Source: a virus
Taxonomy: Duplodnaviria > Caudoviricetes
IMG/VR virus record: IMGVR_UViG_3300033069_001745
Location: 1 to 64,000 of that record
Length of the DNA stretch: 64,000 nucleotides
Strand: one strand, 5' to 3'
The notes under the pieces were generated by a model. That model did no database searches. It was given only the letters and a program-made list of their open reading frames with translations, and was not told the DNA's origin. How positions within the stretch are numbered: the first letter of the stretch is position 1; each line of letters opens with the position of its first letter. Below are positions 7,468-17,716 of this stretch, one piece after another. Position numbers and translations under genes: made by a program.

Positions 7468-9876
7468 GTGGCTACACCCGACAACTCGGTAACCCCGCCC
7501 TCGGATATGGCCGTTCTCTCAAAGAACGTCCAAGAATTAACCTCGGTAATCAAGACCTTCATTACGCAAAACTCTGTTGCCGGGGTGGTTGGGCAACGCG
7601 AGGCCGCCCAGGGTCTGCTCGACGTGCGCACCCAGATGGACATACAACGCATGTTCGGGATCGGCCGAGACCGCACACAGGCGGCGGCGGCCCAATCGCT
7701 CCTGGCTCAGGTGCAAGGCCAGAGCGCTCTATGGACGCCACCTTCTGCCCAGACGAGTGATCCTTACGTGCAGTCTTCACCAGAGGTGAGACAACGCCAT
7801 AAGAAGAACGTCGAGGATGCATCGCTCAGAGCGGCTCAGGCATCTCGCGTTCAACAGGAGGATGACCATGGTGTCTATGACACGCAGTCGAAAATTGACT
7901 TTCCAACTAACTGGTCGGCAGGCCGCCACGGTGGTGCTGCTAACCTACGCGGCCAGGTATCTGCCCGGGTAGCGCAATACATCAATAACAAGGTGGGATC
8001 GTATCCCGTCTACGATCAGGTCCTCGTACCTGAAGATCGCAATGTCCAGGTGGGGCACAAGCTCGGTCGAGTACGTCAGCTCAAGGCTGGCGAGGCCGCC
8101 AAGCGGGTGTTCCTCGACCCGGAGACGCAGAAGGTCGTTGAGGAGTCGACCGCCAAGGCGGCAATGAAGACTGCCAACCGGGCGGCCGCCATCTCTCGTG
8201 GGGTGGCCGAGTTTGGCGAGTCGGGCTCTCTGCTCGGCGGGGTTCAAGCAGCGCTCCCCCAACTCGGCAAGGTGGCTGGCGCCGCCGGAATGGTCTACAC
8301 CGTCGGGCAGCAGGCATACAAGCAGGTGCTCGCCCAGACAGAGGCGAACCGACCTTATGAGCAAGTGCTTGGCACCAGCGGCGGGGCAACCAACTGGAGT
8401 GCCTACCGGGAGCGACTTAACAAGAATCTCTTTCGCATCGGTAACAATCTAAGTCTAAATCCACTTGGTGGAGCAGCGAACGAGATCTACGAGCGGTCAT
8501 TGCAAATGTACGCCGGTGATTCTTCCGGACGTAGAGAGTCCATGCAGACTGCGGCCGATCTTGTGCGCAGCACCGGTATGGATACTGGTCAGATCTATAA
8601 GGCATTCGAGATAGCTCAAAAGCAGGGCATGGATGGTCTTGCCCAGATCGGCAACGCCTTCAAGGATGTAACGAAGGCAGCTAAAGAAGCGGGCATGAAC
8701 GCCGAGGAAGCCCGCGATCGCTTCAACGCTACTTACGCCGACATCTCGAAATCGATGAACGGAGTCGGCGCAGTCCAGGTAGCGCAAGCACAAACCTCAA
8801 CGCTTACTTCACTAGGACCACAATTCACTGATGTTGCCATCGACAACGGGCTCACCTCTGATGTGATGACTGCCAATGCCATGGGTATTGGTCTTGTTGA
8901 ATATCAGTCGATGAAGAAAGACACCAAGGGCGGATCGGTAAAAATCGACGCAGCGAAGTCTAAACTTCGCCGTGACAGTGCTATGAGTCTCGGGGGTTCT
9001 GCCTTCGCTAGAACCATGAACGAACTTGGCTTGGACTCCAACCAAGAACTGAGCCCATCTGATCGCAAGAAGGTTGCTGCATCCCTACAGAATAATATGG
9101 GTATGACAGATGAGGCACTCGCCTCGTGGATGAATTCTATTGGTGGGTTTAGTGGTGTAACACCAGCTAATGCCTATGAGATGTACATCAACTCTATCAG
9201 TGGCGCTACCGATACCAGCGAAGAGACCAATAAAATCAGGGGTGAACTTACCCCACAATCAATAAACGAGAGCGATGTAAAGTCTAAGTTCAAAGACGAT
9301 ATCGGTTTGTCAGAACAAGATGCCAGATTCGTCAAGGCAGCCGTCTATGACGATGATGAAATCTCTCGCCAGAATATAGAGAAGCGTAAAGGCAAGAGGG
9401 TAGACGCTCTACGGTATGCCGAAGTTCTCAACGAAACTGGTGAAACGAATCCACTAGCTGAGAAACTGCTTAAGAACTACGATGCTAGCCGTAGATATCG
9501 AGTGCAGACGAAAGATGGCACGAAGATTGTCAATACTGGTGAATTAATGGAGCATTTCAGCGACCAATTGATGCGCAACGACGTTGAAATCGTCAAGGGT
9601 CAAGATAAAGGTCAAACTGTCGCTGAAGCCTTTGGCGTAGACCCAGAGAACTTCACGACCTGGGGAGAGACTGCTTCGTCTTCGCAGGAGAAGTCCCCGG
9701 TCAAGGGCGGCAAGGATGATGGCAAGGCAATGACCGGAACCATCACCATCAAGCCTGACGAGCGACTGGCGCGCCTGCTCGCTATCGAGGCCACTGGGGG
9801 CTCGGGCATCCGGGTGGAAGGGGTTCCCTCCAGCGGGCGCAACACTACGGCCGACTCTCGCCCGACGGGGGGCTGA
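7468..9876 (+). CDS. Tape measure protein
   Basis: 802 aa, Ala/Gly/Gln-rich helical protein directly after the chaperones. Confidence 0.8.
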   Translation: MATPDNSVTPPSDMAVLSKNVQELTSVIKTFITQNSVAGVVGQREAAQGLLDVRTQMDIQRMFGIGRDRTQAAAAQSLLAQVQGQSALWTPPSAQTSDPYVQSSPEVRQRHKKNVEDASLRAAQASRVQQEDDHGVYDTQSKIDFPTNWSAGRHGGAANLRGQVSARVAQYINNKVGSYPVYDQVLVPEDRNVQVGHKLGRVRQLKAGEAAKRVFLDPETQKVVEESTAKAAMKTANRAAAISRGVAEFGESGSLLGGVQAALPQLGKVAGAAGMVYTVGQQAYKQVLAQTEANRPYEQVLGTSGGATNWSAYRERLNKNLFRIGNNLSLNPLGGAANEIYERSLQMYAGDSSGRRESMQTAADLVRSTGMDTGQIYKAFEIAQKQGMDGLAQIGNAFKDVTKAAKEAGMNAEEARDRFNATYADISKSMNGVGAVQVAQAQTSTLTSLGPQFTDVAIDNGLTSDVMTANAMGIGLVEYQSMKKDTKGGSVKIDAAKSKLRRDSAMSLGGSAFARTMNELGLDSNQELSPSDRKKVAASLQNNMGMTDEALASWMNSIGGFSGVTPANAYEMYINSISGATDTSEETNKIRGELTPQSINESDVKSKFKDDIGLSEQDARFVKAAVYDDDEISRQNIEKRKGKRVDALRYAEVLNETGETNPLAEKLLKNYDASRRYRVQTKDGTKIVNTGELMEHFSDQLMRNDVEIVKGQDKGQTVAEAFGVDPENFTTWGETASSSQEKSPVKGGKDDGKAMTGTITIKPDERLARLLAIEATGGSGIRVEGVPSSGRNTTADSRPTGG

Positions 9877-9879
9877 ACC

Positions 9880-10836
9880 ATGGTGGCCACCCTCGACGGC
9901 ATCCCGTTCGACGTCGACCCGCACACCGTGACGTGGGACTACCGCGTGCACATCGCTGATCGCCCCTATCTCGGGGGCAAGGTCATCCAAGTGCACGGAG
10001 CCACCATCGGGGACATCACCATCACTGGGCAGTTCGGTTCCGGCGTACTCCTTGATCAGCAGCTCGGCTTGCTCGATCGAGTGAAGCGCATCGGGAACCG
10101 GCGCCTGGAGCAGCTTCGATCTCCGAATATTAAATTCTCTTGGCCCGAGCAGCGTTGGGACATGGATGTGATCGTGGTGGGCTTCGGCTCGCTAGAGCAC
10201 GAGGTGGGCCAGATCAGCCCGAACTGGCAGATCACCATGACCCCGGTTACCGGCACCGACTCACTCAAGTCGGCCGCCGTCTCGAACTTCATCGACAGCC
10301 TGGCCAACGGCATGGGGTGGCGCCCGGGGAAGTACAACGGCGGCACACCCGAAGAGATCCAGGCGCTCATGGCGGCTACCGGGTCGAGCAACTTCCAGCA
10401 GTACGTGCAGAAGGCGTTCGGGATCGGCACCGGCTCGGCTACTGGGTCGAGCGCCGCTTCGAGCACGGCAAGCGGCTACCCAACCACGGGGACCCTGAGC
10501 TTCGAGCAGGTCACCCGGATCGCCGCGAACGCCGGATTCGTTAACACCGACTTGCGCATCGCTGTGGCTATCGCCCGAGCAGAGTCGTCGTTCCGTCCCG
10601 ATGCCCTAGGGGACAGCGACCAATCTATCGGACTCTGGCAGATTTACACCGTGGTATGGGGTGATCGATTCGGGACGAAAGATGAATTGAAGATTCCTGA
10701 GCGTAATGCATCTGGCGCCTATCAGATCTACCGTTCCCGGAATCAGACGTTTACTGCCTGGAGCACCTACACGAATGGTGCCTACCTTCAGTATCTTGAC
10801 GACGCCAAGGCCACGGCCGACAGAATGGGGTTGTGA
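9880..10836 (+). CDS. Baseplate/tail protein with C-terminal lytic transglycosylase (SLT-like) domain
   Basis: AIARAESSFRPDA...SIGLWQI...AWSTY in the C-terminal third. Confidence 0.75.
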   Translation: MVATLDGIPFDVDPHTVTWDYRVHIADRPYLGGKVIQVHGATIGDITITGQFGSGVLLDQQLGLLDRVKRIGNRRLEQLRSPNIKFSWPEQRWDMDVIVVGFGSLEHEVGQISPNWQITMTPVTGTDSLKSAAVSNFIDSLANGMGWRPGKYNGGTPEEIQALMAATGSSNFQQYVQKAFGIGTGSATGSSAASSTASGYPTTGTLSFEQVTRIAANAGFVNTDLRIAVAIARAESSFRPDALGDSDQSIGLWQIYTVVWGDRFGTKDELKIPERNASGAYQIYRSRNQTFTAWSTYTNGAYLQYLDDAKATADRMGL

Positions 10837-11051
10837 GCATGTCCGAAGACTCCTGGGGCGCTGACGTGCCCATCTCTATGCCCAACCCGCTCCGCAAGGA
10901 CCTCCCGAAGATGATCAGCCTCGGGGTGGGATGGGCCATGACTTCCGGAGGGATCGCTCACGACCTCGACGACCCGACGTGGGAAGAGGTGGCCACCCCA
11001 GGGTTCGCCCCGCTGGTCACCGAGCCTTCGAGGTTGAACAATGCCTCCTAG
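10833..11051 (+). CDS. Small tail/baseplate protein, hypothetical
   Basis: 72 aa with coupled overlaps in the tail operon. Confidence 0.5.
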   Translation: MSMSEDSWGADVPISMPNPLRKDLPKMISLGVGWAMTSGGIAHDLDDPTWEEVATPGFAPLVTEPSRLNNAS

Positions 11052-11592
11052 TCCGGCCAAGAACGGATCGTTCTCCGTCTCCGGGTACGGCTCAATTGAC
11101 GTGCTCGTGACCCGGATCACCCATGGGGTGAAGTTCATCGCTGATACCACCGGGGCCCGGGGCCATCGAACTGTCATGCCCAAGCGACTCACCTCGGGCT
11201 CGTGTGAAGTGACCATCCTCCACACGAAACGCTCGGAGTACCAGGAAGTCAACGAGTGGCTGAAGGTGTACGCCGAGACCATCGCCAACCCCGACGGCAA
11301 CATGGGAGTGATGCGAGTGCGCTGCCCGGTCGTTCGATTCGATCGCCTGTGCATCCCGTCGACCGGCATTCGCTTCGGGGCGGCCTGGTCCGAGTTCACC
11401 TGGGAACAAACCATCGGTTTCGCCGGGGCCTCTGACCCTATTGATCTCACCAGTGATTTGAACGATGTGCTGAGCACAGCGTGGAGCCCGGGGTTCTCGC
11501 AGTTCTCCCAGGCGGTCGTCGGTGGTGGTGATCTCGTGGGCAACACAACCGAAGACGCCTTGTATAACTCCATGAAATCATTGTCGATGTAG
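11041..11592 (+). CDS. Baseplate/tube-initiator-like protein
   Basis: 183 aa, beta-rich, in the baseplate cluster. Confidence 0.6.
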   Translation: MPPSPAKNGSFSVSGYGSIDVLVTRITHGVKFIADTTGARGHRTVMPKRLTSGSCEVTILHTKRSEYQEVNEWLKVYAETIANPDGNMGVMRVRCPVVRFDRLCIPSTGIRFGAAWSEFTWEQTIGFAGASDPIDLTSDLNDVLSTAWSPGFSQFSQAVVGGGDLVGNTTEDALYNSMKSLSM

Positions 11593-11608
11593 ATTGGGGA
11601 GGTGAAAC

Positions 11609-14224
11609 ATTCCTACGCTTATCTATTCACCGGGCATTCGCGTCTTCATCGCCACCGCCCAGAACGGCACCATCGAAGTCTCCGATGACATCGCCTCGGG
11701 CTCGCTCTCACTGAAGCTCGGGCGGGCGGGCGGCCACAAGCTCGTGATGTCGTTGACCAATCAGGGGCGAAAGTACGATGGAGTGTTCACCCCGAACGAT
11801 CGCGTCGTCGTCTTCCTGAAGCGCATCCGCTGGCTCCAAGTGATGTCGGGCTACCTCGACTCGGTCCCGATGCTCAACGCCTACGCCCAGAGCATCAAGG
11901 TGGAAGCGAGCTGCACGCTCAAGCGACTCCTCTACTCGCTCTACGACCCGGGCTCGCAAGACTTCGCGGACTTGATCAGCGGCGGTCCGCAAGGGGTCGA
12001 CAACGGCTACACCGACTCCAACATGAGCAAGAGGATCATCGACGTGCTCACGCAGGTCGCCGGGTGGGAAGAGAGCAAGATCCACATAGGGGCGATCCCG
12101 GCCAACTGGTTCGAGAGCCTTTCCGATCTGTACAACACCATCTCCCCAGGCTTCAACTCGGAGTATGACCTGGGCACCGTCATTTCTGGGACCAGCCCGC
12201 TTCGTTACTCAGCGCTCACTACGACCGACACCATCCCTGGAGCGGGGATTCTCCCGAAGCGCTCGGGGCGGGTAGGTGTGGTCGGCCTCGATAGCCCGAC
12301 CCCGCCGCAGTTCGATCTCACTTACGAGGTGGGCTACACCCCGAACGACCCGTGGTACGCGTCCATGCGTTGGCCCTACCGCACCGACGACTCCACCGAC
12401 GCGGCGGCCGCCGGACTCACCCAGGACGAGAAGAACGAAGCCAAGCTCTGGTGGCGCAACCACAAGATCATGGTGGTGAACCCGAAGAACAACAAGGCGG
12501 TGGTGCTCCGCCCGGCGTTCTGGGGACCATCATCGCTCACTGGCCGAGACATCGACATCTCCCCCGAGGCGCTGAGCTACCTCGGTATGAACTCCGGCGA
12601 GTGGGTGCAGATCGGTTGGGCCCCGACCGAGCAGAACTCCAGCGCGGGCTCTACCCGATACCTCGGCCCGTTCGAGCCCCCGTCGTCCACCACCACGTCT
12701 ACGACCAATCCGAGCATCGCTGACGTGTTGGCCGGGCTCCCGCCTGACGCTTCTCCCGAAGAGATTGCCGCACGCATCAACGGAGCGGGCACCCTGGGCG
12801 AGGACGGGGTTGTCTTCGCTGCCCGAGACAACATGCAGCCCAACGCCGCGGCGGCCATGGACTTCGTGAAGCGGTACTGGCCAGCGGTTCCCAGCATCGG
12901 GGGCTATCGCACTCCCGAGTACAACGCCCAGATCGGTGGCGCCCCTAACTCGGACCACACTACCGGCCTCGCCATTGATATTTCTACCGGTAATGGCTCT
13001 GTCGAGCCAACAGAAGATCAAGTTGCACTAGGTAACTCCATTGCCTATTGGTTCTGCATGAACCCGAAGGTGTTTGGGGTACGCATCGTCATCTGGAACA
13101 ACATGATCTACTCCACTGCCGGGGCGGCCGCCTACGTCAGTGCGAGCTATGGGAACAGCCTCAACCTGAACCACCGCAACCACGTGCACGTGAGCTTCAC
13201 CAACACCGGCCAGACCTCGATGGGCCCGGCCGGTGACCCGTTCCCCGTGGCACCGAACGACTTCATGCGCACAGCGGCGACCGGGAACGCCCCGCACAGC
13301 GACCGAGTGAGCGCCATCACGCTGCCCACCACGTCCGTGACGACCTCCGGCGTGGGGGATAGCGGCCAGACGGGCTCCAGCACGCTCCTGGCCACGTTCA
13401 TGACCACTGTGGGACGGGCAGAGAGCGCTTCGTTGACGGGCAAGCGCCAACTCCTCAACGACCGCCCGGTGATGCCGCTGGTCAGCGAGCTGATGGCTGC
13501 CGGGCAACGAGACTGGTGCTCGGCACCCAACGGTGACCTCATCGCTTGGTGGCCCGACTACTTCAACATCGAGGGCACGTCCTCTCGGATCGTGGTTCAG
13601 ACGATCGAGCTGGACGGCTTTAACGTGCAATGGTCGGATCGCCCGATGGTGACCCATCAGTTCGTCGTGGGGAACCGTTCCATCGGGGAGTTTGCCGCTC
13701 CCTCGGGAAGCTCCAGTGTGATCACACCCGGCGATGTCGACTTGCTCATGCGCCAGGCGATGACCCACGGCATTGCCACCATCGACTTCCCCGAGATCCT
13801 CAAGGCGGTGCTGAACACCACCGGCCCCGGGACGGGCTGGACTGACCCCAACGCTATTTACAATCGCTTTGGGGCCCGGGTGAACACCCAGGAATTCAAG
13901 TGGGCCGCCTCACCTCAGGCAGAGTTCTGGGCAGCAGTTCACCTATTCCGTATGTCTTGGGCCTCGCAATTCTCTTCGCAACCTCGTATTGGTTTCATGC
14001 CGGAAATCTTCCCGGGCATGATCATGCAGATACCTGAGTACGGCATGCAGTGCTACGTTGATCAAGTCGAGCATTCGTGGAACCTCGGTCCTGACGGTGA
14101 CGGATTCTCGACAACGGTCTCCATCGTTGCCCCATCGACCATCGGGGACCAGCCGACGCTCATCGGGCTCCCGAAGGGCGGGCGCTGGGTCGGGGAAGAA
14201 GCCATCACCCAGAACGCCCACTAG
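11609..14224 (+). CDS. Baseplate hub protein with inserted DPBB/RlpA-like and M15-like peptidase domains; probable ATT start
   Basis: Frame is open from ATT 11609 (IPTLIYSPGIRVFI) with GGAGG 6 nt upstream and an in-frame TGA at 11603; motifs WGPSSLTGRDIDISPEAL and GGYR...SDHTTGLAIDI...HRNHVHVSF. Confidence 0.75.
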   Translation: MPTLIYSPGIRVFIATAQNGTIEVSDDIASGSLSLKLGRAGGHKLVMSLTNQGRKYDGVFTPNDRVVVFLKRIRWLQVMSGYLDSVPMLNAYAQSIKVEASCTLKRLLYSLYDPGSQDFADLISGGPQGVDNGYTDSNMSKRIIDVLTQVAGWEESKIHIGAIPANWFESLSDLYNTISPGFNSEYDLGTVISGTSPLRYSALTTTDTIPGAGILPKRSGRVGVVGLDSPTPPQFDLTYEVGYTPNDPWYASMRWPYRTDDSTDAAAAGLTQDEKNEAKLWWRNHKIMVVNPKNNKAVVLRPAFWGPSSLTGRDIDISPEALSYLGMNSGEWVQIGWAPTEQNSSAGSTRYLGPFEPPSSTTTSTTNPSIADVLAGLPPDASPEEIAARINGAGTLGEDGVVFAARDNMQPNAAAAMDFVKRYWPAVPSIGGYRTPEYNAQIGGAPNSDHTTGLAIDISTGNGSVEPTEDQVALGNSIAYWFCMNPKVFGVRIVIWNNMIYSTAGAAAYVSASYGNSLNLNHRNHVHVSFTNTGQTSMGPAGDPFPVAPNDFMRTAATGNAPHSDRVSAITLPTTSVTTSGVGDSGQTGSSTLLATFMTTVGRAESASLTGKRQLLNDRPVMPLVSELMAAGQRDWCSAPNGDLIAWWPDYFNIEGTSSRIVVQTIELDGFNVQWSDRPMVTHQFVVGNRSIGEFAAPSGSSSVITPGDVDLLMRQAMTHGIATIDFPEILKAVLNTTGPGTGWTDPNAIYNRFGARVNTQEFKWAASPQAEFWAAVHLFRMSWASQFSSQPRIGFMPEIFPGMIMQIPEYGMQCYVDQVEHSWNLGPDGDGFSTTVSIVAPSTIGDQPTLIGLPKGGRWVGEEAITQNAH

Positions 14225-14234
14225 GAGCACCACG

Positions 14235-14612
14235 ATGACGATGGATTCTCCGTACGCCGTCAACGCACCGTCATCGCAGAGCGCGAAGGCGGTGCGTATC
14301 GACATGATCTCGGGGGACCTCGCCCACGTGATCGACGGCCTGGGTCAGATGTCGACGGTCTCCCTCGCCTCCCGCTTGGCCAAGGGCGGGCGCCCCCAGG
14401 TCAACGAAATCTGGACGATCACTCGCAACCCCACCACCAACGCGTGGGAGTTCACCACGTGTCTCTTCTCGCAGAACCCGATCATCTCGGCGGACCTCCC
14501 GGTAGGGAGCGCTCTCGATCAGATGGTGGCCGCCTTGGCTGCCCAAGGGCTCGTCACCGACCAGGCGAACCGGGTCATCGATTGGACGGACTGGATGCCT
14601 GTCCTGCCCTGA
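14235..14612 (+). CDS. Baseplate spike/puncturing-associated protein, putative
   Basis: ATG 14235 with GGAG; lies between the hub and the gp25-like gene. Confidence 0.55.
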   Translation: MTMDSPYAVNAPSSQSAKAVRIDMISGDLAHVIDGLGQMSTVSLASRLAKGGRPQVNEIWTITRNPTTNAWEFTTCLFSQNPIISADLPVGSALDQMVAALAAQGLVTDQANRVIDWTDWMPVLP

Positions 14613-14664
14613 AGCTGTCGCTATCGCGGCCCCGACGCCGAAGGGGCGTGAGGGTGAGGATGCG

Positions 14665-15093
14665 ATGAAGACGTTCAAGGTGGCCGATGGCGACCTTGTG
14701 CTCGGGCAGGGAGGCTTCGTCTCGATCACTGGCCAGGCCAAGGTTCGCCAAGACCTTGGCATCTCCATGCGTGAACCGCTGGGATGTGATCGCTTCCACC
14801 CTCGCTGGGGCTCGATCCTCCCCAACTACATCGGTGAGCCCATCACCATTCGTATCTCCGATCTCGTCGAGGCGGAGGTGTATCGCCTGGTTCGGAACTA
14901 TATGACGGTCAAGGCGAATGAGATGCAGTCGGAATTCCTCCGGGGCAATAAGTCGAGCTTCGGGTCTGACGAGATCGTCACGAACATCAGCAAGGTTGAT
15001 GTAGCCTGGAACTTCGACCGCATCTTCGTCCGGGTCGGGCTCGAACTTTCATCGGGGCAGCAAGTCGCTCTGGTGACCACTATGGAGGCGTAA
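14665..15093 (+). CDS. Baseplate wedge protein, gp25/GPW-like
   Basis: 142 aa; QDLGISMREPLGCDRFHPRWGSIL resembles gp25-family motifs; upstream of J. Confidence 0.75.
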   Translation: MKTFKVADGDLVLGQGGFVSITGQAKVRQDLGISMREPLGCDRFHPRWGSILPNYIGEPITIRISDLVEAEVYRLVRNYMTVKANEMQSEFLRGNKSSFGSDEIVTNISKVDVAWNFDRIFVRVGLELSSGQQVALVTTMEA

Positions 15094-15094
15094 A

Positions 15095-17716
15095 TTGCCC
15101 TCGGTTGAGGATATCGCCGGTAAGATCCGTTCGACTTTGCGATTGACTGATCCCGATCTCGATACGACGATCGGCACCCCGGTACGCAAGATCATCGACG
15201 CCGTCTCCGAAGCCATCGCTGAGGCATCCACCGATGCCTACCTTGTGTCGTACCAGTACGACATCGATACGAAGTCCGGGGCGGAACTCGACGATTTCAC
15301 CCGGCTCTTCGGGTTCTCCCGACTCTCGGCCCGCCGGGCGACGGGGCTCATCACCTTCGAGCGCACCACCCCGGCGACGCAGCCCATCGTGATCCCGGCC
15401 AATACGCAGGTGGTCACCGACTCGCTCCCTCAGGTGGTGATCGCCACGGTGACTCCGGCGGTGTTCGCCATCGGCACCGAGCAGGTCACCGTGCCCGCCC
15501 AGGCGGTTACTGCGGGATCGGCGGGCAACATCCCGGCCCACTCGGTCGGGCGAGCTATCGCGTTGATCCAGGGAGTCAGCTCGTTCAGCAACACCCAGTC
15601 GTTCACTGGCGGGGCGGACGCCGAGACCGACGATGCCTACCGTTCTCGATTCAAGAGAACGGTATTCCGTAGTTTGGCCGGTACAGAGTGCCAACCCCCA
15701 GGCACACAGGTTCTCGTTCCCAAGGGGTTCTCCCCAGGTACAAATAAAATAGAGTGTGGTTATCAACCGATTGAAACCCTCTCTATCGGAGATTTGGTCG
15801 TTGCTGCTAAAAGGGGTGCAATTCTCCCACGTGGAGGAACTATAACCGGAATCACCTCTCGCAACTTTTCTGGTCAACTCATAACTGTGAAGAGCCAGGA
15901 TGGCAGAACTTCCAGGTATACCCCGAACCATCGTTGTATTGCTCGGATAATTCCAGCCCTGGATGGTAAGGCTATTCTGTATATGATGAAGAGAGGTGAT
16001 TCATACAGGGTAGGAAAAACCACCATGCGCTTGGGACATCGTCAAGATGCCGCTGGCTTGACAATGAGAATGAAGATGCAGGATGCTGATGCTATCTGGG
16101 TTCTCGATGTATTCGACACAAACGAAGAAGCATATTTGGCAGAACATCTTTGCTCATGGCAATTCGGGGTTCCTTCTGTTCAATTTATGAAGTCGAGCCA
16201 AGAGCGAGATGGCAAGCAGGAATTCCTAGATGCCTTTTGGCAGAAGATGGGGAGTTTGGAGTCCAAGGCATCTGAGTGCCTAGCATCATATGGAAGGATG
16301 ATAGAATATCCATTCCGTGAGCGAGGATCAGATAGGCAAATCTGGAGCCGGATAACAGAGGTTCGAGCCTGCAATCTGATAGATGGCATGGAGTTCATGG
16401 ACGCCGACAGGATGATGGATGAGCGCCCATGTCCGGTTCGTTATGCTTCTATTTCTGTCTCAAGAGAATTCTACGAAGGTCCAGTCTGGTCGCTGGATGT
16501 TGACAGGAATGAATACATTGCTGATGGGTTTGTAACTCACAACTCGATGTATTTGGCGACGGCATTGGAGCACCCGAGTGTTACGCAAGCCAATGTTGTC
16601 GGGGCGGTAAAGCGGCACCGAGAGCAAATCCAGATCACCAGCGGTACCGGCACTAGCTCGATCTTCGCCGCGAAGCACATCTACCCCGATACCTCGGCAC
16701 TCGGTACCACCATCGCCTCGGGGGACATCCTCACGCCTGGGGTGCACTACACCTTCAGCGCTAACCTCAACCCGCCCACGGTGACCTCGCTCAGCACGAG
16801 CGCATGCCCCGACGGCATCTACGATCTGGAGTTCGACTACCTCTCGTCGGCCAGCCGGAACGACCCTGAAAGTTTTATTTCCAACCGGGTCGACATCTGG
16901 ATCAGAGGGCAGCGGCCTACCGAGGCCGTCGAGACGATGGTCTTCAGCTCGGGGCGGACGTTCAACGCCACCCCGGGCTCGACGCTGAACAAGGACAACT
17001 GGGTTCGGGAGAGTGGCGTCACCCCCTCGGTGGACAACTTCTACCTGCCGTTCGGGTTCGCCCCGATCATCGAACCCGGCCCGACGATGAGCATCAACGG
17101 CGTCACCTACATCAAGAACCAGCACTACTGGCTCGTCGAGAACACCACGCCCAACGGGATGTCCAACCGAGGCGGGCTTTCGGGGGTCGAACTACTCTCG
17201 GTGACTAACGGTCTAGCTCTGGCCGAGCCGCCCAACGCGCACCACTGGTCCCAGGACTACACCTTCGACGCCGCCCCTCGTGACGTGGACGTAGCAGTGC
17301 AGCGGTGGCGCCTCATCACCAACGATCTGTGGGTGCACGCCGCCCGACGTATCAAGCTCCGGGCCTACTTCGCCGTCATCCTCAACCCGGGCTACGTCGC
17401 CGCGGCCGTCGAGAGTGCGGTCTACACGGCGCTCCAGACGTTCACCCAAGAGGTGAGCTTCCGGAGCGTGCTCCAGGCGTCCGATGCTCTGGCGGTGGTT
17501 CACGCCGTCCCCGGGGTAGATGCGGTGCGGTTCACCACCAGCACCGACAATGCCGTGAACTACGCCTGGCAACGGGTAGCGCCCAGCGGTGCCGTCTTGG
17601 AGACCTACGCGACGAGCGGGCGCGCCATTGACATCGAATGCACTGACGATACGGTCATCGACCTTGATGCGGTATCGCTCATTGTGAAGGCTCCGAATAC
17701 CTGGAGCACTGTCTAA
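15095..17716 (+). CDS. Baseplate J-like wedge protein interrupted by an intein
   Basis: LSARRATGLITF, VPAQAVTAGSAGNI, FTGGADAETDDAYRSR; intein between E198 and S484. Confidence 0.85.
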   Translation: MPSVEDIAGKIRSTLRLTDPDLDTTIGTPVRKIIDAVSEAIAEASTDAYLVSYQYDIDTKSGAELDDFTRLFGFSRLSARRATGLITFERTTPATQPIVIPANTQVVTDSLPQVVIATVTPAVFAIGTEQVTVPAQAVTAGSAGNIPAHSVGRAIALIQGVSSFSNTQSFTGGADAETDDAYRSRFKRTVFRSLAGTECQPPGTQVLVPKGFSPGTNKIECGYQPIETLSIGDLVVAAKRGAILPRGGTITGITSRNFSGQLITVKSQDGRTSRYTPNHRCIARIIPALDGKAILYMMKRGDSYRVGKTTMRLGHRQDAAGLTMRMKMQDADAIWVLDVFDTNEEAYLAEHLCSWQFGVPSVQFMKSSQERDGKQEFLDAFWQKMGSLESKASECLASYGRMIEYPFRERGSDRQIWSRITEVRACNLIDGMEFMDADRMMDERPCPVRYASISVSREFYEGPVWSLDVDRNEYIADGFVTHNSMYLATALEHPSVTQANVVGAVKRHREQIQITSGTGTSSIFAAKHIYPDTSALGTTIASGDILTPGVHYTFSANLNPPTVTSLSTSACPDGIYDLEFDYLSSASRNDPESFISNRVDIWIRGQRPTEAVETMVFSSGRTFNATPGSTLNKDNWVRESGVTPSVDNFYLPFGFAPIIEPGPTMSINGVTYIKNQHYWLVENTTPNGMSNRGGLSGVELLSVTNGLALAEPPNAHHWSQDYTFDAAPRDVDVAVQRWRLITNDLWVHAARRIKLRAYFAVILNPGYVAAAVESAVYTALQTFTQEVSFRSVLQASDALAVVHAVPGVDAVRFTTSTDNAVNYAWQRVAPSGAVLETYATSGRAIDIECTDDTVIDLDAVSLIVKAPNTWSTV
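15689..16543 (+). mobile_element. Intein (285 aa) with GIY-YIG-like endonuclease domain
   Basis: Starts CQPPGTQV; block B TPNHR; ends YIADGFVTHN followed by Ser; central ILYMMKRGDSYRVGKT...EEAYLAE; visibly lower GC. Confidence 0.85.
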
